Of a stretch of DNA of 64,000 nucleotides, positions 11,496-22,916 are shown piece after piece. A model generated the notes under the pieces. That model was not told the origin of the DNA and made no database searches. It saw only the letters and a program-made list of their open reading frames with translations. A program made the translations under genes and the position numbers. Source of the stretch: Squalus acanthias (taxonomy: Eukaryota); the NCBI GenBank assembly GCA_030390025.1, contig CM059452.1, positions 8,742,001 to 8,806,000 on the forward strand, written 5' to 3'. Position 1 is the first letter of the stretch; every line of letters starts with the position of its first letter.

Positions 11496-13304
11496 ACCAA
11501 ACCCATTAATAATCCTGCGCTTCCCGGTTACAAGACCTAGACATGGGTTTCATTCCCACCCTGGACTCTAAATGAGGGGCCATTCTCCTATAAGGACACA
11601 GACGACAGCCCAGCTCGGCTGTTAGCGGGTTTGATCAGAGATACTGACAGTCACAGCATAAAGTATCGGTCTATGGAGCCGTCACTCAGTGAGGGCATTC
11701 CTTGGTCTGAGGAAAACTTCAGCATTGCTTAATTGTGGGATTACATTCACCGGGGCCGAATCGGTCACACTGAGTATTTATTTTATGCTGGTGTGTGACG
11801 ACTCATCGAGAGCATTAACTTCATTCTCCGGAACATTCGTGTTTACACCGAGGTGTCCACACTGTGTTTGAGGTTTCCTCTGGTCGCTATTTCTAACGAA
11901 ATAATGAACGCATTCTAAAAGAATGAGATTGCGATTTCGTTAAAACAACTTTCAGAGGAGAATTCCACAGAGAGAGCAGAGGAAATCTTCCCCTTGTGTG
12001 TCCCCATCAGAAGGTTAATCAAACCCGACCCCCGTCAACCACCTCAGTCTGATTACTGAGAATGTGTGAAATAAACTGAACATCTTCATCTACATTCAAA
12101 CCGATATATTGTCATTTCGAGATCATATCTTACCGCCATCATCCGACTGTGTTGGCAATAGCTCGGGGGGAATAGGAGCCCCTTTCCTAAATATCTGCTG
12201 AACCCGTTAGATTAAAGTCTGCCTGAAACTAACAGGAGGCGCGGAAATTAATCACACGGGGAGGGGGAAATGGTGGTTGTTAGCAGTCAACCTCCTTTCT
12301 CCTCTGGTTCACAGCAACACGTTTCGAGTAAGCACGAGACTCCGTAGTGGAATACACGGAACAGACCTTATTGCTGCACAGTAAAGGTGATCGGTCTTTA
12401 ACTGTATACAGAGAGTGACTGTTTCGGTTTCAGTATATTTCGAGTACACGCTGAGATACTTTTGAAAACCGCAATCCTTTATACACCATATTTGGACTAC
12501 ATCAAAGGAAAATGTCATAGATAAGCCTGTATGACGTTTTTATTCCCAGACCCTTTGAAAACGGAATATTCATCTAAACAGTTTGTTGTTTGTTTAATTC
12601 ATAACTACGTCCCTTAAACAAGACTTCCTGACAGAACATTTGCCAGCATCTTTGAAGTAAATACTCTACCAACTGCTCTCTGTAGCTAATGTTGCCTTTC
12701 TAACCATGTTTATTACCCTAAAACTAAACCACTCATGGGTGACGTCATTACTATCCCTTATTCCCTAACACAAGCACTTTACATCTCAGAAACAAAGCAC
12801 TGCATTCTTTTTACGACACTTCAAAGTCATTCTGTTCATATCAGGGAAAGCCTGGAAGTTTGTTAATCCAAGATACAAAGAAGTTCGACTGTTAACCCGT
12901 AACTCCCCAAGATGTCCAACATACATCTCTCCAGGCTGTCCAACAGTGGTTAGTGACACGGGAGAAACTCCTCACTCGGGTTACAATCTTGTCCCTCTAA
13001 GTGTGTCGCCCTTACATATTTTTATATATAAGAGATTTTTTTTCAAACTGCAGCTTTACAAAACTACCAAAAATGTCACTTTGCAGTTGCTTTAAGATTT
13101 GCAGTATCTGCAAATCATTCATAAGAGAGGTGGAGAGAGATTGTGACGGTGAAAGCAAGACAGAACAAGCGGGAGGGGAGGTATTTTACTGAACACCAGG
13201 AACACAACACAAATATAAACAGGTTTGAAATGTTGATGGTTTTCGACATATCATGAATAACATGGGACTGAGTGCGAAGGAAGCAGCGAGAAACATATGA
13301 GCAC

Positions 13305-13530
13305 GGCGCCCTCTGGCGGATATAATGGGAACTTTTACACTTTTGAGATCCTGGGTGAAAACAGACAGTCAGTGTGTCTATGGGCAGTTTCCAGTGCCCA
13401 TTTATAGCGAGATGTGTTGCGGTGATGCTGATGGCGAATGTAGAGCCTTTTACATCAACACTTACAGCGACAGAAACATTAATCAGATGAATTCGAGCTC
13501 GGAAATTGACAGCTTGCGCTCGCAGATTTA
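13305..13530 (-). pseudogene. Highly decayed TCR V relic retaining RSS and downstream CTCF motif
   Basis: Minus strand: F-strand-like FAISITAT..., heptamer CACACTG (13370-13376), exactly 23 nt, degenerate nonamer TCAAAAGTG, then CCGCCAGAGGGCGCC (13305-13319). Confidence 0.5.
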
Positions 13531-13839
13531 ACCCTTTCTGATCTGCAAAATAAACAACAACTCACAACCCGCATTCACAACAACTGACTTTCATTTCCTT
13601 TCAGTTCTACTGGTGCCAGATGCTCGTGACCTTTGTGCACAGGCTCCAGACAGTCAGCATGTTTTTCCTCCTGCATTTCCGGGTGTCCAGTGATTCCTTT
13701 CTCTGTGTCTCCGCACTGTGGGAACCCGAATACAAACTGGTCCCCTGCTCAGGGAGAACAAGCGACCGAGGCCCAGACAGGCCGCTGTCCATCTGTTTGT
13801 CAGTCAGCAGCCTGGTTACCTCTATGAAAGACTTTCACT

Positions 13840-14068
13840 NNNNNNNNNNNNNNNNNNNNNNNNNNNNNNNNNNNNNNNNNNNNNNNNNNNNNNNNNNNNN
13901 NNNNNNNNNNNNNNNNNNNNNNNNNNNNNNNNNNNNNNNNNNNNNNNNNNNNNNNNNNNNNNNNNNNNNNNNNNNNNNNNNNNNNNNNNNNNNNNNNNNN
14001 NNNNNNNNNNNNNNNNNNNNNNNNNNNNNNNNNNNNNNNNNNNNNNNNNNNNNNNNNNNNNNNNNNNN
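13840..14068. other. Assembly gap (N run)
   Basis: Ns; truncates the V gene at 14069-14284. Confidence 1.
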
Positions 14069-14284
14069 GGCTGTATAATTACAATACAACTGAACATCGT
14101 CTCCTTCATTTACTGTGGTTGCAGCCGGTGTCTGTGAACCGGAGTCTCCTCGCCCATGTCCTGCAAGAGCCCAGAGCGATATTAAATTAAACAATGTCAC
14201 TTCACTGTGTTTACCGCCCAGAATCAGCCCGTCACCCCAACACTTACCTGTGAAGCAAATCAGGGCAGTTGAACATAAATATAT
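14069..14284 (-). pseudogene. TCR alpha/delta V paralog of 3080-3511; start codon ATG->ATA; 3' part hidden in gap
   Basis: Near-identical leader, intron and FR1 (GHGRGDSGSQTPAATTVNEGDDVQLYCNYTA). Leader begins ATA TAT TTA. 14070-15165 duplicates 3295-4330. Confidence 0.75.
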
Positions 14285-14691
14285 ATCCCCACAGCTCAGG
14301 GGCTGCTCACGGGATGGCGCTGGGATCGACTGAATAAACATCCTTTAATTAACCTTCAGCACCTTCTAACGGGATCAGTTCCTCACCTTCACCTCTTGTG
14401 ATGTGAAGGGAAAACTCCAAACTGTATGTGGGTTTAAGACTCGTGTGTCTGTCAATGTCCGTCATTGACACCGACGGGCTTGTCTGTCTGCCATTCGCCT
14501 GTAATCTCACCTTAACTCATCCGCTTTCATTCACTGAGGGAGTTTGTCGAGTTTCCCCAAACAGTGTTCAGTGTTGAGTCAAGGTGGATCCTGATGGTTT
14601 TCTTCACTTCGGATCAACCTATTGATATTCATGTGTTCAGGGAACTGACCGATTAAATATAATGTATGATACAGATGTGAAACACAATGCT

Positions 14692-15165
14692 GTGTAACTT
14701 GTGAACTTATCAGTTAAGAGAGCTGCAGCTGTGACGAATAAATAAAAAGTAACAGCCAACATGTTTGCAGAGAGTTGGTGGTGGATTTGAACAGAACGGT
14801 TTGAAGCTGAAATTGTCTTGTCAAGAATTGGGAAGATGTTGAGTAATATCCGGTCTCTCTGCCGATTGGTCCGTTCCCGACAGAGTCAGCAGATCACATT
14901 CAATCAGCTCTCGGTCCTTTGTTCTCCAATTTATCCAATCAGTTTGCAGCTCCTTTGTTTTCCAATTCAACCAATCAGCTCACAGCTACTTTGTTCGCCA
15001 ATTCATGACGTCAGAGCGGGGATCAGAGAATGGAGTGAAATTGTTCTCCTCAGAACTGGACGAGGATTAAAGCCAATGTTCGCCCTTTAGCAGCGTCAGT
15101 CTGTGAGATGGGGCCAGTGACCAATAGTTAATGTTGTTCTGGTATCAGAGCCGGAGACTCCCATC
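14692..15165 (+). promoter_or_regulatory. V-gene promoter module: tandem CCAAT/CTTTGT units plus full CRE TGACGTCA
   Basis: TGACGTCA at ~15006-15013; repeated 'ccaatcag..cagct.ctttgtt' units; leads directly to the leader at 15179. Confidence 0.6.
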
Positions 15166-15178
15166 TAAACCAGACACC

Positions 15179-15530
15179 ATGTTTCTTACTGATAATAATG
15201 GTCGTGCTGCCCGGTGAGTCTATGTTTAAAATATCGTATGTATTTCATGGGTTATATTTACTCCCAGACTTCTGACAGATTCAGTATTTTGTTACAATGG
15301 CGAAGCCTCATTTTCCCAGGATCCATCAGAATTAACGGTTCAGGAAGGACAGATCTGAATACTGAGCTCTCGTTACTCCACAGCCGATAGATTTCCCTAC
15401 CTCTTCTGGTACAACCAGTATCCCCGGGGAAGATCCGAGTTATTTAATGAGGAGATACAGCTCGGGGCAGGGAGTGAAGTCTCCAGATTTCCCAGACCGG
15501 TTCTCCGCTGATTTGGGCAAAGACACAGAC
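15179..15530 (+). pseudogene. TCR V pseudogene (family of 20412-20842), truncated in FR3, no RSS
   Basis: Frameshifted leader, mutated acceptor (ttacaa), QDPSELTVQEGQI* stop, then LFWYNQYP...SPDFPDRFSA before homology ends. Confidence 0.85.
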
Positions 15531-15690
15531 ACAAATACAACTCGTTGAAATAGAAACCTGGCTGTCTTTAGTCTCCGTGGGTTTGGGATCAAATTAACCC
15601 CACAGAAAGCAGCACAAAAGAACACTTAATGGAGCTGTAAATTCTCGCTGAGGTTTTTGTCCGGGGCCTTTGCTTTTATCTGACGCTGTG

Positions 15691-16225
15691 CCTCACTGCA
15701 CAGTAATAGACCGCTCCGTCCTCCACACTCAGGCTGCTTATATTGAGGTAACCGTACTTTCTAGACGTGTTAGCAGCTGCCAGATATTGTCCTGAGATTT
15801 CGTCTCCCTTCAGTGCTACCACTTTGCTAATTATCCAGCTTGGTGGCTGTGCCGGTTTCTGCCGATACCATTGCATGTAGTCAATATCCGGGCTTTTATA
15901 TTCACAATCTAACTGCACCGAACCCCCTGTTGACACGGCAATTGTCACCGGAGACTGAGTTACTGGATCTGCACACAGCCCGCCTGTGAAGATAGGGGAA
16001 CAGAAGAGCAGAAGATTAAATCGAAACTTGTGTCTATCTGTATGAGAGTGTGTAACCCTCCATCTACACAGCTGTCCATCATGTGGATATTTCTGATCGG
16101 TAATTGCACTAAATCCCTGCACACGCTCTTTGCATCAACCAGCTAACCTGTGTTTTAAATATAATCCAATACTTACTGTTCAACACAGCCGCCAGTATTA
16201 TTAGAAATTGACTGAATCTCTCACA
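15691..16225 (-). CDS. TRAV/TRDV: TCR alpha/delta V segment: intact V exon (15691-15983) and RSS; leader exon (ends 16177) lacks its own ATG
   Basis: GLCADPVTQSP...LDC...WYRQ...YYCAVR. RSS CACAGCG-23-ACAAAAACC at 15652-15690. Leader ...ERFSQFLIILAAVLN with GTAAGT at 16171-16176. Confidence 0.75.
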
Positions 16226-16242
16226 GTGACTTGGAATTGAAT

Positions 16243-16625
16243 GAACATAAGAACATAAGCAATAGCAGCTGGAGTAGGCCATTCGGCCCTTCGAGCCTGC
16301 TCCGCCATTCAATGAGATCATGGCTGATCTTCTGCCTCAATTCCATTCACCGGCCTTATCGCCATATTCTTTGATGCCCTTACTAGTCAGAAATCTATCG
16401 ACTTCTGTTTTGAATATACCCAATGACTGAGCCTCCACAGCCCTCTGGGGTAGAGAATTCCAAAGATTCACCACCCTCTGTGTGAAGAAATTTCTTCTCA
16501 TCTCAGTCCTGAATGGCCTAACCTTTATCCTGAGGCTGTGGCCCCTGGTTCTAGACTCCCCAGCCAAGGGAAACATTCTCCCAGCATCCACCCTATCAAG
16601 CCCTGTAATAATTTTGTATGCTTCA
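16243..16625 (-). mobile_element. CR1 LINE 3' fragment inserted between V promoter and leader
   Basis: ORF DAGRMFPLAGESRTRGHSL...WN and tail cttatgttcttatgttc. Confidence 0.9.
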
Positions 16626-16788
16626 ATGAGGCAGAGATTGAGAAGGAGAGCGGTAACCCGGGCTGTTCAGCTCATTGTTCCACCCACACACTGCAGGGGG
16701 CGTCCCCATTGTGACCTCATTCAGGCTTCGATTGCTGTTGGCCTTGGCGTTTGCATCACATGACTTTTTAATTATCATTCTTGAGTTT

Positions 16789-16803
16789 GGCGCCCTCTGC
16801 TGG
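16789..16803 (-). promoter_or_regulatory. CTCF-binding motif
   Basis: Reverse complement CCAGCAGAGGGCGCC. Confidence 0.6.
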
Positions 16804-17019
16804 CGCATTGTATTACCTAAGCCTTAGAATGAGGTCATTGAGGAGATTTAAGGTTTTTGGTCATGTATAAAAACACGATTGCCAGCTATTGGCTCTCAAA
16901 GATCAAGATTATAGCTGATTAAAGCCGCTCATTATTTCTGATGCGGTATAATCCCTTAATTACGCACTCACTCTATTTCTTCCCAGTCGCTTGTTCAGTG
17001 AGCAAGAGCATTTTGACCA

Positions 17020-17345
17020 CAGACGTCATGAAGTGACGAACAAAGGAGCTATGAGCTGATTGGATGAATTGGAGAACAAAGTAGCTGTGAGTTGATTGGA
17101 AGAATTGGAGTAAAAAGGAGCTGTGAGCTGCTTGGATCTCACCTGTTGACTCTGTCAGGATGAACCAATCGGCAGAGACGCCGGATATCATTCAACACCT
17201 TCCCAAGTCTTGACTAAAATATTTCAGGTTTAACCCGTTCTGTTCAAATCTGTCATCAACTCTCTGCAAACATGTTAGGAGTTACTTTTTATTCATTCGT
17301 CACAGCTGCGGCTCTCTTAACTGGTAAAGTTTACAAGTTACACAA
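17020..17345 (-). promoter_or_regulatory. Third copy of the CCAAT/TCF/CRE promoter module, inverted
   Basis: Reverse complement aligns with 14692-15012; points toward the V leader at 16177-16225. Confidence 0.55.
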
Positions 17346-17489
17346 TCTTCCCTCTTGTCACTGCCATAGAGAATCTTCCTTTTAACTGTATTTTCTCTCT
17401 ATTTCCTGTATGTTCCGTCACCTTGATGCTATCAGTTATAATAAAATGATAATAAAAGTTTAAAGTTGTGTATTTCTATATTTCTGCAG

Positions 17490-17835
17490 GTGCTGTGGTG
17501 CGGACTCGGTCTCACAGGGGCCGCTTGCAGCGATGCAGTTTGAAGGAGACTCGGTGACCAGTAATTACAGCAATTCGACCACTGCTCCTTCACATTCCTT
17601 ACAACTGTACCGTCAGGACCGCGACAATGGGCCAACATTGCTGATCTACAGTCCTTCTTTACGGAGATGTTTTCAAAGCAGAGGGCACGGGGGCTCGAAT
17701 TTCCGCATTTCACGACATTTCAGAAAGTGAGGGGAATTTCACCATCCGCGGCCTACGGCTGTCTGACAGCGCGGTGTATCACTGCGGGCTGAGAGACACA
17801 GTGACAGGAACCAGAGGGAGCCCCGTACACACACA
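17490..17835 (+). pseudogene. TCR alpha/delta V pseudogene; frameshifted, no leader exon seen, degenerate nonamer
   Basis: ADSVSQ...QFEGDSVTSNYS...LQLYRQD...[frameshift]...SEGNFTIRGLRLSDSAVYHCGLR. CACAGTG-23-ACACACACA at 17797-17835. Confidence 0.85.
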
Positions 17836-18585
17836 CTGCCGAAATGTGACAAGGACAACTGGATAGCGGGCACTGTGGGGAGAAACGGGGACTGTCAGTA
17901 CTTCTCACAGGAGAGTGTCTGTGTAAAAATGACAAATCAATCGCTATCCAACTAACAGTACAGAACAGGAAACATCATGTTTATTATTAATAAAAATAAT
18001 TGTGTTACTAATTTGATAATAAGGTATTCGATGGGACGGTGCTACCAAACCCTTTTCATGTAATGGGCACCTCAACTTTCAAACTTAGTGAAACAAATAT
18101 AAACCAGTTCTCATTCCGTGTCAGAATCGCACTCAGAGATGGCGCTCCAGTCGGCAGGAAATGAACTGAACGGAAGGAACACATTCAGTGACGATGTAAT
18201 AAACCATTGAGGAGTCAAAAACCCTTCAGAACAAAGAAGTCTCGGCTGAACTCTGACCCCGCGAGACTCCCATTCCCCAGCTGGTGCGCAAACTCAGAGA
18301 AAACTGTCCAGAAAACAGGCAAAAGAGCAACAGTCAATAGTCTGAAGATGAAGGTGGCAGTGATTCAGGAGAGACAGTTCCCAGTGAGTAACAGGGAAAA
18401 CAACGCGGAAACTGCACAGCCTGAACCCAACCGACAAATGAGAGACTTTGGGAACAGTTCTCAGGATGGCCGGCACCGCAAACAGCACAAAGTGAGCCTT
18501 ATATCCGGCTTCAGCAGGCGGAGCCTCTGATCTACAAAGCGGCGGGAGTTTCTGTACCAGGGTTTAACTGGTTTCCATCAGTGTG

Positions 18586-19060
18586 GTCTCAGGGCGCAGT
18601 AATAAACTGCAGTGTCGGTCAGCTGCAGCCCCGAGATGGTTAAACTGGTGAATTTAGTCCAGGTCTGGATTTCTGCAGAGAAACGGGTTTTATCAAAATC
18701 TGCTTTATGCTCAACACCATCAACTCCATCATGATCCTTCCACAGTATAAACTCGGGCTGTGTGTCTGGGTGGTTCCGGTACCAGTATAAATAATTAAAG
18801 GTGCTCCATTTAGTGTCATAGGTACAGTTTACAGTCACCGCTTCTCCTTCTGTCTTAACTCCCGGGGACAGCGGCTGAGTGACAGAATCTCCAAGACTCA
18901 GATCTGAAAAACATGTTCAAACAGGAAAAGATCAGACCGGCGGGTGTTTAAAATTCAGATTCAAACCATGTTAGAAATGAGAGAAAAGATTAAATGTGTT
19001 TGGTCCACAATTACCTGTCAGAAATGCCCCCCACACAGCCCAGATGCTGAGTAGCCGCAT
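18586..19060 (-). CDS. TRAV/TRDV: TCR alpha/delta V segment, apparently functional (leader 19015-19060, V exon 18586-18903)
   Basis: Leader MRLLSIWAVWGAFLT with GTAATT, DSVTQ...NC...WYRN...YYCALR. RSS CACACTG-23-ACAGAAACT at 18547-18585. Confidence 0.92.
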
Positions 19061-19609
19061 TGTCGCTGTCCGCTCTGTAAAAGGGGGGTTGGATATTTGA
19101 AGACACCCGTTCTAATCCCCGCCCTCAATAATCTGCTGTCGTGTCTCAGGATGCTCTCACCTCACTTCCTTGTGTCCCCAGTGGTGCTGTGAGACCGGTA
19201 GGTGGTGAGCTGGCTGCCAGTGAATGGAAACACCCCGAGCTGGGCTATCGTCAGTGTCCTTTTGGGGAATGGTTCCGCTTTTAGAGACCGGGGGTGGGAA
19301 TGAAACTCTTGCCTGGTTATTGGAACCCGGAAGCTGAGGGATTGTTAATGGTGACGGAACATATTCCAGCATTAAAGAGACATTCTGAAGGACAATGGAC
19401 ATTGGGGGAACTCTGTGCTTGGGGCCTGTTTTAAAGAGCACAATCACTACCTTGTGAAATCTGTTCATTGTGTATAAACTGTCTCTGACCCAGCAACATA
19501 CTCTGATCAAATAAACCCTGTGTACAGGCCACGATCAATGGGTCCGGGACACTGACAGGGGAGATGTGTAAAGGGCTGCACAATATTGCAGGCAGGCACG
19601 GAAGGGGCA

Positions 19610-20125
19610 TCATAGATTCATAGAATCTTACAGCACAGAAGGGGTATTCGGCCCGTCGTGCCTGTTTAGTCCCATATCCCAGCTTTTTCTCCATAACCCT
19701 GCAAATTAGTCCTCTTCAAGTACATGTCCAATTGCCTTTTGAAAGTTCCCATGAAATCTGATTCCACCACCCTTTCAGGCATTGCCTTTCAGATCTTAAC
19801 AACCTCTTTGTGAAGAAATGTCTCCTCATTTTCCCTCTAGTTCTTTTTCCAATTATTTTAAATCTATTCCCTCTGGTTATCAACCCACTTGCCAGAGGAA
19901 ATAGTTTCTCCCTATTTGCTCTGTCAAAACCCCTCATAATTTTGAATACTTCTAATAGGTCTCCCCTTAACCTTCTCTGCTCTTAGGAGAACAATCCCGG
20001 CTTCTACAATCTCTCCACATAACTGAAGTCCCTCATCCCTGGTATCATCCTGGTAAACCTCCTCTGTACCCTCTCCAGGGCCTTGGCATCCTTCCTAACG
20101 TGTGGTGCCCAGAAATGTACACAAT
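19610..20125 (-). mobile_element. CR1 LINE 3' fragment
   Basis: MRGFDRANREKLFPLA...RGNRFKIIGKRTRG similarity; tail gattctatgaatctatg. Confidence 0.85.
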
Positions 20126-20411
20126 AGAGAAAGGACAAAAGGGGAGTTAAGGCGCCACAGACATGATTTGTGAAGTTCATTTTTATTATAAATACGAGTT
20201 GAAATCACCTAAAAGATCCCCAAGTGGACCTGACCTGTTCTTGCTGAGTGTTGTGACTTGTCGCTCTGTTAAGAATCTCCCTGTGACTCTCGCTGTGGAG
20301 GCTGAATTATCGCTGCTGGTTATCGATGTGAGAGCGCCCTCTGGTGATCACTAACTGGAACTCTCAGTGTGGGTTTTTGTACGGGATCCGCTATATCTCT
20401 GCAGCAGTGTG

Positions 20412-20842
20412 GGGCTCATGGCACAGAAATACACGGCGCTGTCGGTGACAAGAACCGCGGTGATATTTAAAGGAACCGTTTTGCTGTCTCTGTGCAAAAC
20501 AGCAGAGAACCGGACTGGGAAATCTGGAGACCGGTCTACCGTCCCCGAGCTATATATCCTCAGTAAATATCTCGGAGCTTCCCGGGATACTGGATGTACC
20601 AGAACAGAGTTGGAGCAGCTGCCGAGTAACTGCAGTTCAATATAATGTTTTTTCCTTGCTGAACCATTAATTCAGACGGATCCTGGGACACTGAATCTTT
20701 GCCACTCGTTCCTGTAACAAAACACAGAATGTGTCAAAAGTCTGGGAGTAAGGATAATCCGCGAAACACACAATGACCATTTACACATGTACTCACTGGA
20801 CAGCACGACCATTATTATCAGTATGGAACACGGGGAGCACAT
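20412..20842 (-). pseudogene. TCR alpha/delta V segment with a single 1-nt frameshift in a G run (leader 20797-20842, V exon 20412-20711)
   Basis: Leader MCSPCSILIIMVVLS, then DSVSQDPSEL...LNC...WYIQYPG[-1 at ~20580]APRYLLR...YFCAMSP. RSS CACACTG-24-ACAAAAACC at 20372-20411. CTCF motif at 20333-20347. Confidence 0.8.
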
Positions 20843-20884
20843 GGTGTCTGGTTTAGAATTAGACAGAAAACAGCAGATCATTTT

Positions 20885-22916
20885 AGAAGCATAGAAGATA
20901 GGAGCAGGAGTAGGCCATTCGGCCCCTCGAGCCTGCTCCGCCATTTAATGAGATCATGGCTGATCATCCAAATTCAGTACCCTGTCCCTGCTTTCTCCCC
21001 ATATCCCTTGATCCCTTTAGTCTTAAGAAATATATCTATCTCCTTCTTGAATATATTTAATGAATTGGCCTCAACTGCCTTCTGTGGTAGAGAATTCCAC
21101 AGGTTCACCACTCTCTGGGTGAAGAAATTCCTCCTCATCTCAGTCCTAAATGGCTTAGCCCTTATCCTTAGACTGTGACCTCTGGTTCTGGACTCCCCCG
21201 CCATCGGGAACATCCTTCCTGCCTCTAGTCTGTCTAGTCCTGTTAGAATTTTATAAGTTTCAATGAGATCCCCTCTCATTCTTCTAAACTCTAGCGAATA
21301 TAAGCCTAATCGACCCAATCTCTCTTCATACGTCATTCATGCCATCCCAGGTATCAGTCTGGTGAATCTTCGCTAAACTCCCTCCATGGCAAGAACATCC
21401 TTCCTCAGATAAGACTACCAACACTGCACACAATACTCAAGGTGTGGTCTCACAAAGGCCGTGTACAACTGCAGCAAGACATCATTGCTCCTGTACTCGA
21501 ATCCTCTCGCTATGAAGGCCAACATACCATTTGCCTTCTTAACCGCCTGCTGCACCTGTATGCTTACCTTCAGCGACTGGTGCACAAGGGCACCCAGGTC
21601 TCGTTGCACTTCCCCTTTTCCCAATCTATTGCCGTTCAGATAATAATCTGCCTTCCTGTTTTTGCCAACAAAGTGGATAACCTCGCATTTATCCACATTA
21701 TACTGCATCTGCCATGCATCTGCCCAATCACCCAACCTGTCCAAATCATACTGGAGTTTCTCTGCATCCTCTTCACAGCACACACGCCCACCCAGCTTTG
21801 TGTCGTCTGCAAACTTGGAGATATTACATCTAGTTCCCTCGCCTAGATCATTAATATATATTGTGAATAGCTGGGGTCCCAGCACCGATCCCAGCGGTAC
21901 CCCACTAGTCACTGCCTGCCACTCGGAAAAAAGACCCGTTTATTCCAACTCTTTGCTTCCTGTCTGCCAACCAGTTCTCTATCCAAGTACCCTTGGATGT
22001 AGATTATCAGGCCCTGGGGATTTATCGGCCTTCAATCCCGTCAATTTCCCTAACACCATTTCCCTACAAATACTGATTTCATTCAGTTCCTCCCTCTCAT
22101 TGGACCCTATGTTCCCCGACATCTCTGGGAGGTTATTTGTGTCCTCCTTTGTGAAGACAGAGCCAAAGTATGTATTTAATTGGTCTGCCATTTCTTTGTT
22201 CCCCATTATAAATTCCCCTGATTCTGACTGCAAGGGACCTACGCTTGACTTCACCAATCTTTTTCTCTTTACATATATATAGAAGCTTTTACAGTCAGTT
22301 TTTATGTTCCCTGCAAGCTTACTCTCATACTCTGTTTCCCCCCTCTTAATTAATCCCTTTGTCCTCCTTTGCTGAATCCTAAACTGCTCCCAAACCTGAG
22401 GTTTGCTGCTTTTTCTGGCCAATTTATATGTCATCTCTTTGGATTTTATGCTATCCCTAATTTCCCTTGTTAGCCACGGTTGAGTCAACTTTTTTGTTTT
22501 ATTTTTATGCCAAACAGGGATGAACAAATTCTGTAGTTCATCCATGCGATCTTTAAATGTTTGCCATTGCCTATCCACCGTCAACCCTTTAAGTAACGTC
22601 CCCCAATCCATCCTAGCCAACCCGCGCCTCATACCATCGTAGTTTCCTTTATTTAAATTCAGGTCCCTAGTCTCTGAGTCAACTAATTCACTCTCCATCT
22701 TAATGAAGAATTCTGTCATATTATGATCGCTCCTCCCCAAGGGGCCTCGCACAACAAGATTGCAAATAAATCCTTTCTCATTACAAAATACCCAGTCTAA
22801 GATGGCCTGGTCTCTAGTTGGTTCCTCGACATATTGGTCCAGGAAACCATCCCGTATACACTCTAGGAATTCCTCCTCCACGGTATTGTTACTAATTTGG
22901 TTAGCCCAATCTATAT
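20885..22916 (-). mobile_element. CR1 LINE, degenerate with internal deletion near 21980; host of a nested insertion; its 5' remainder is at 25669-25705
   Basis: Fragmented ORF2 (EEEFLECIRDGF..., GVPLGSVLGP...FADD, C-terminus) and 3' UTR at ~20885-20970. Confidence 0.92.

Noticed and set aside
13620-14341. Long ORFs spanning the N runs (also 52000-52565)
   Set aside because: Artefacts of untranslatable gap sequence.
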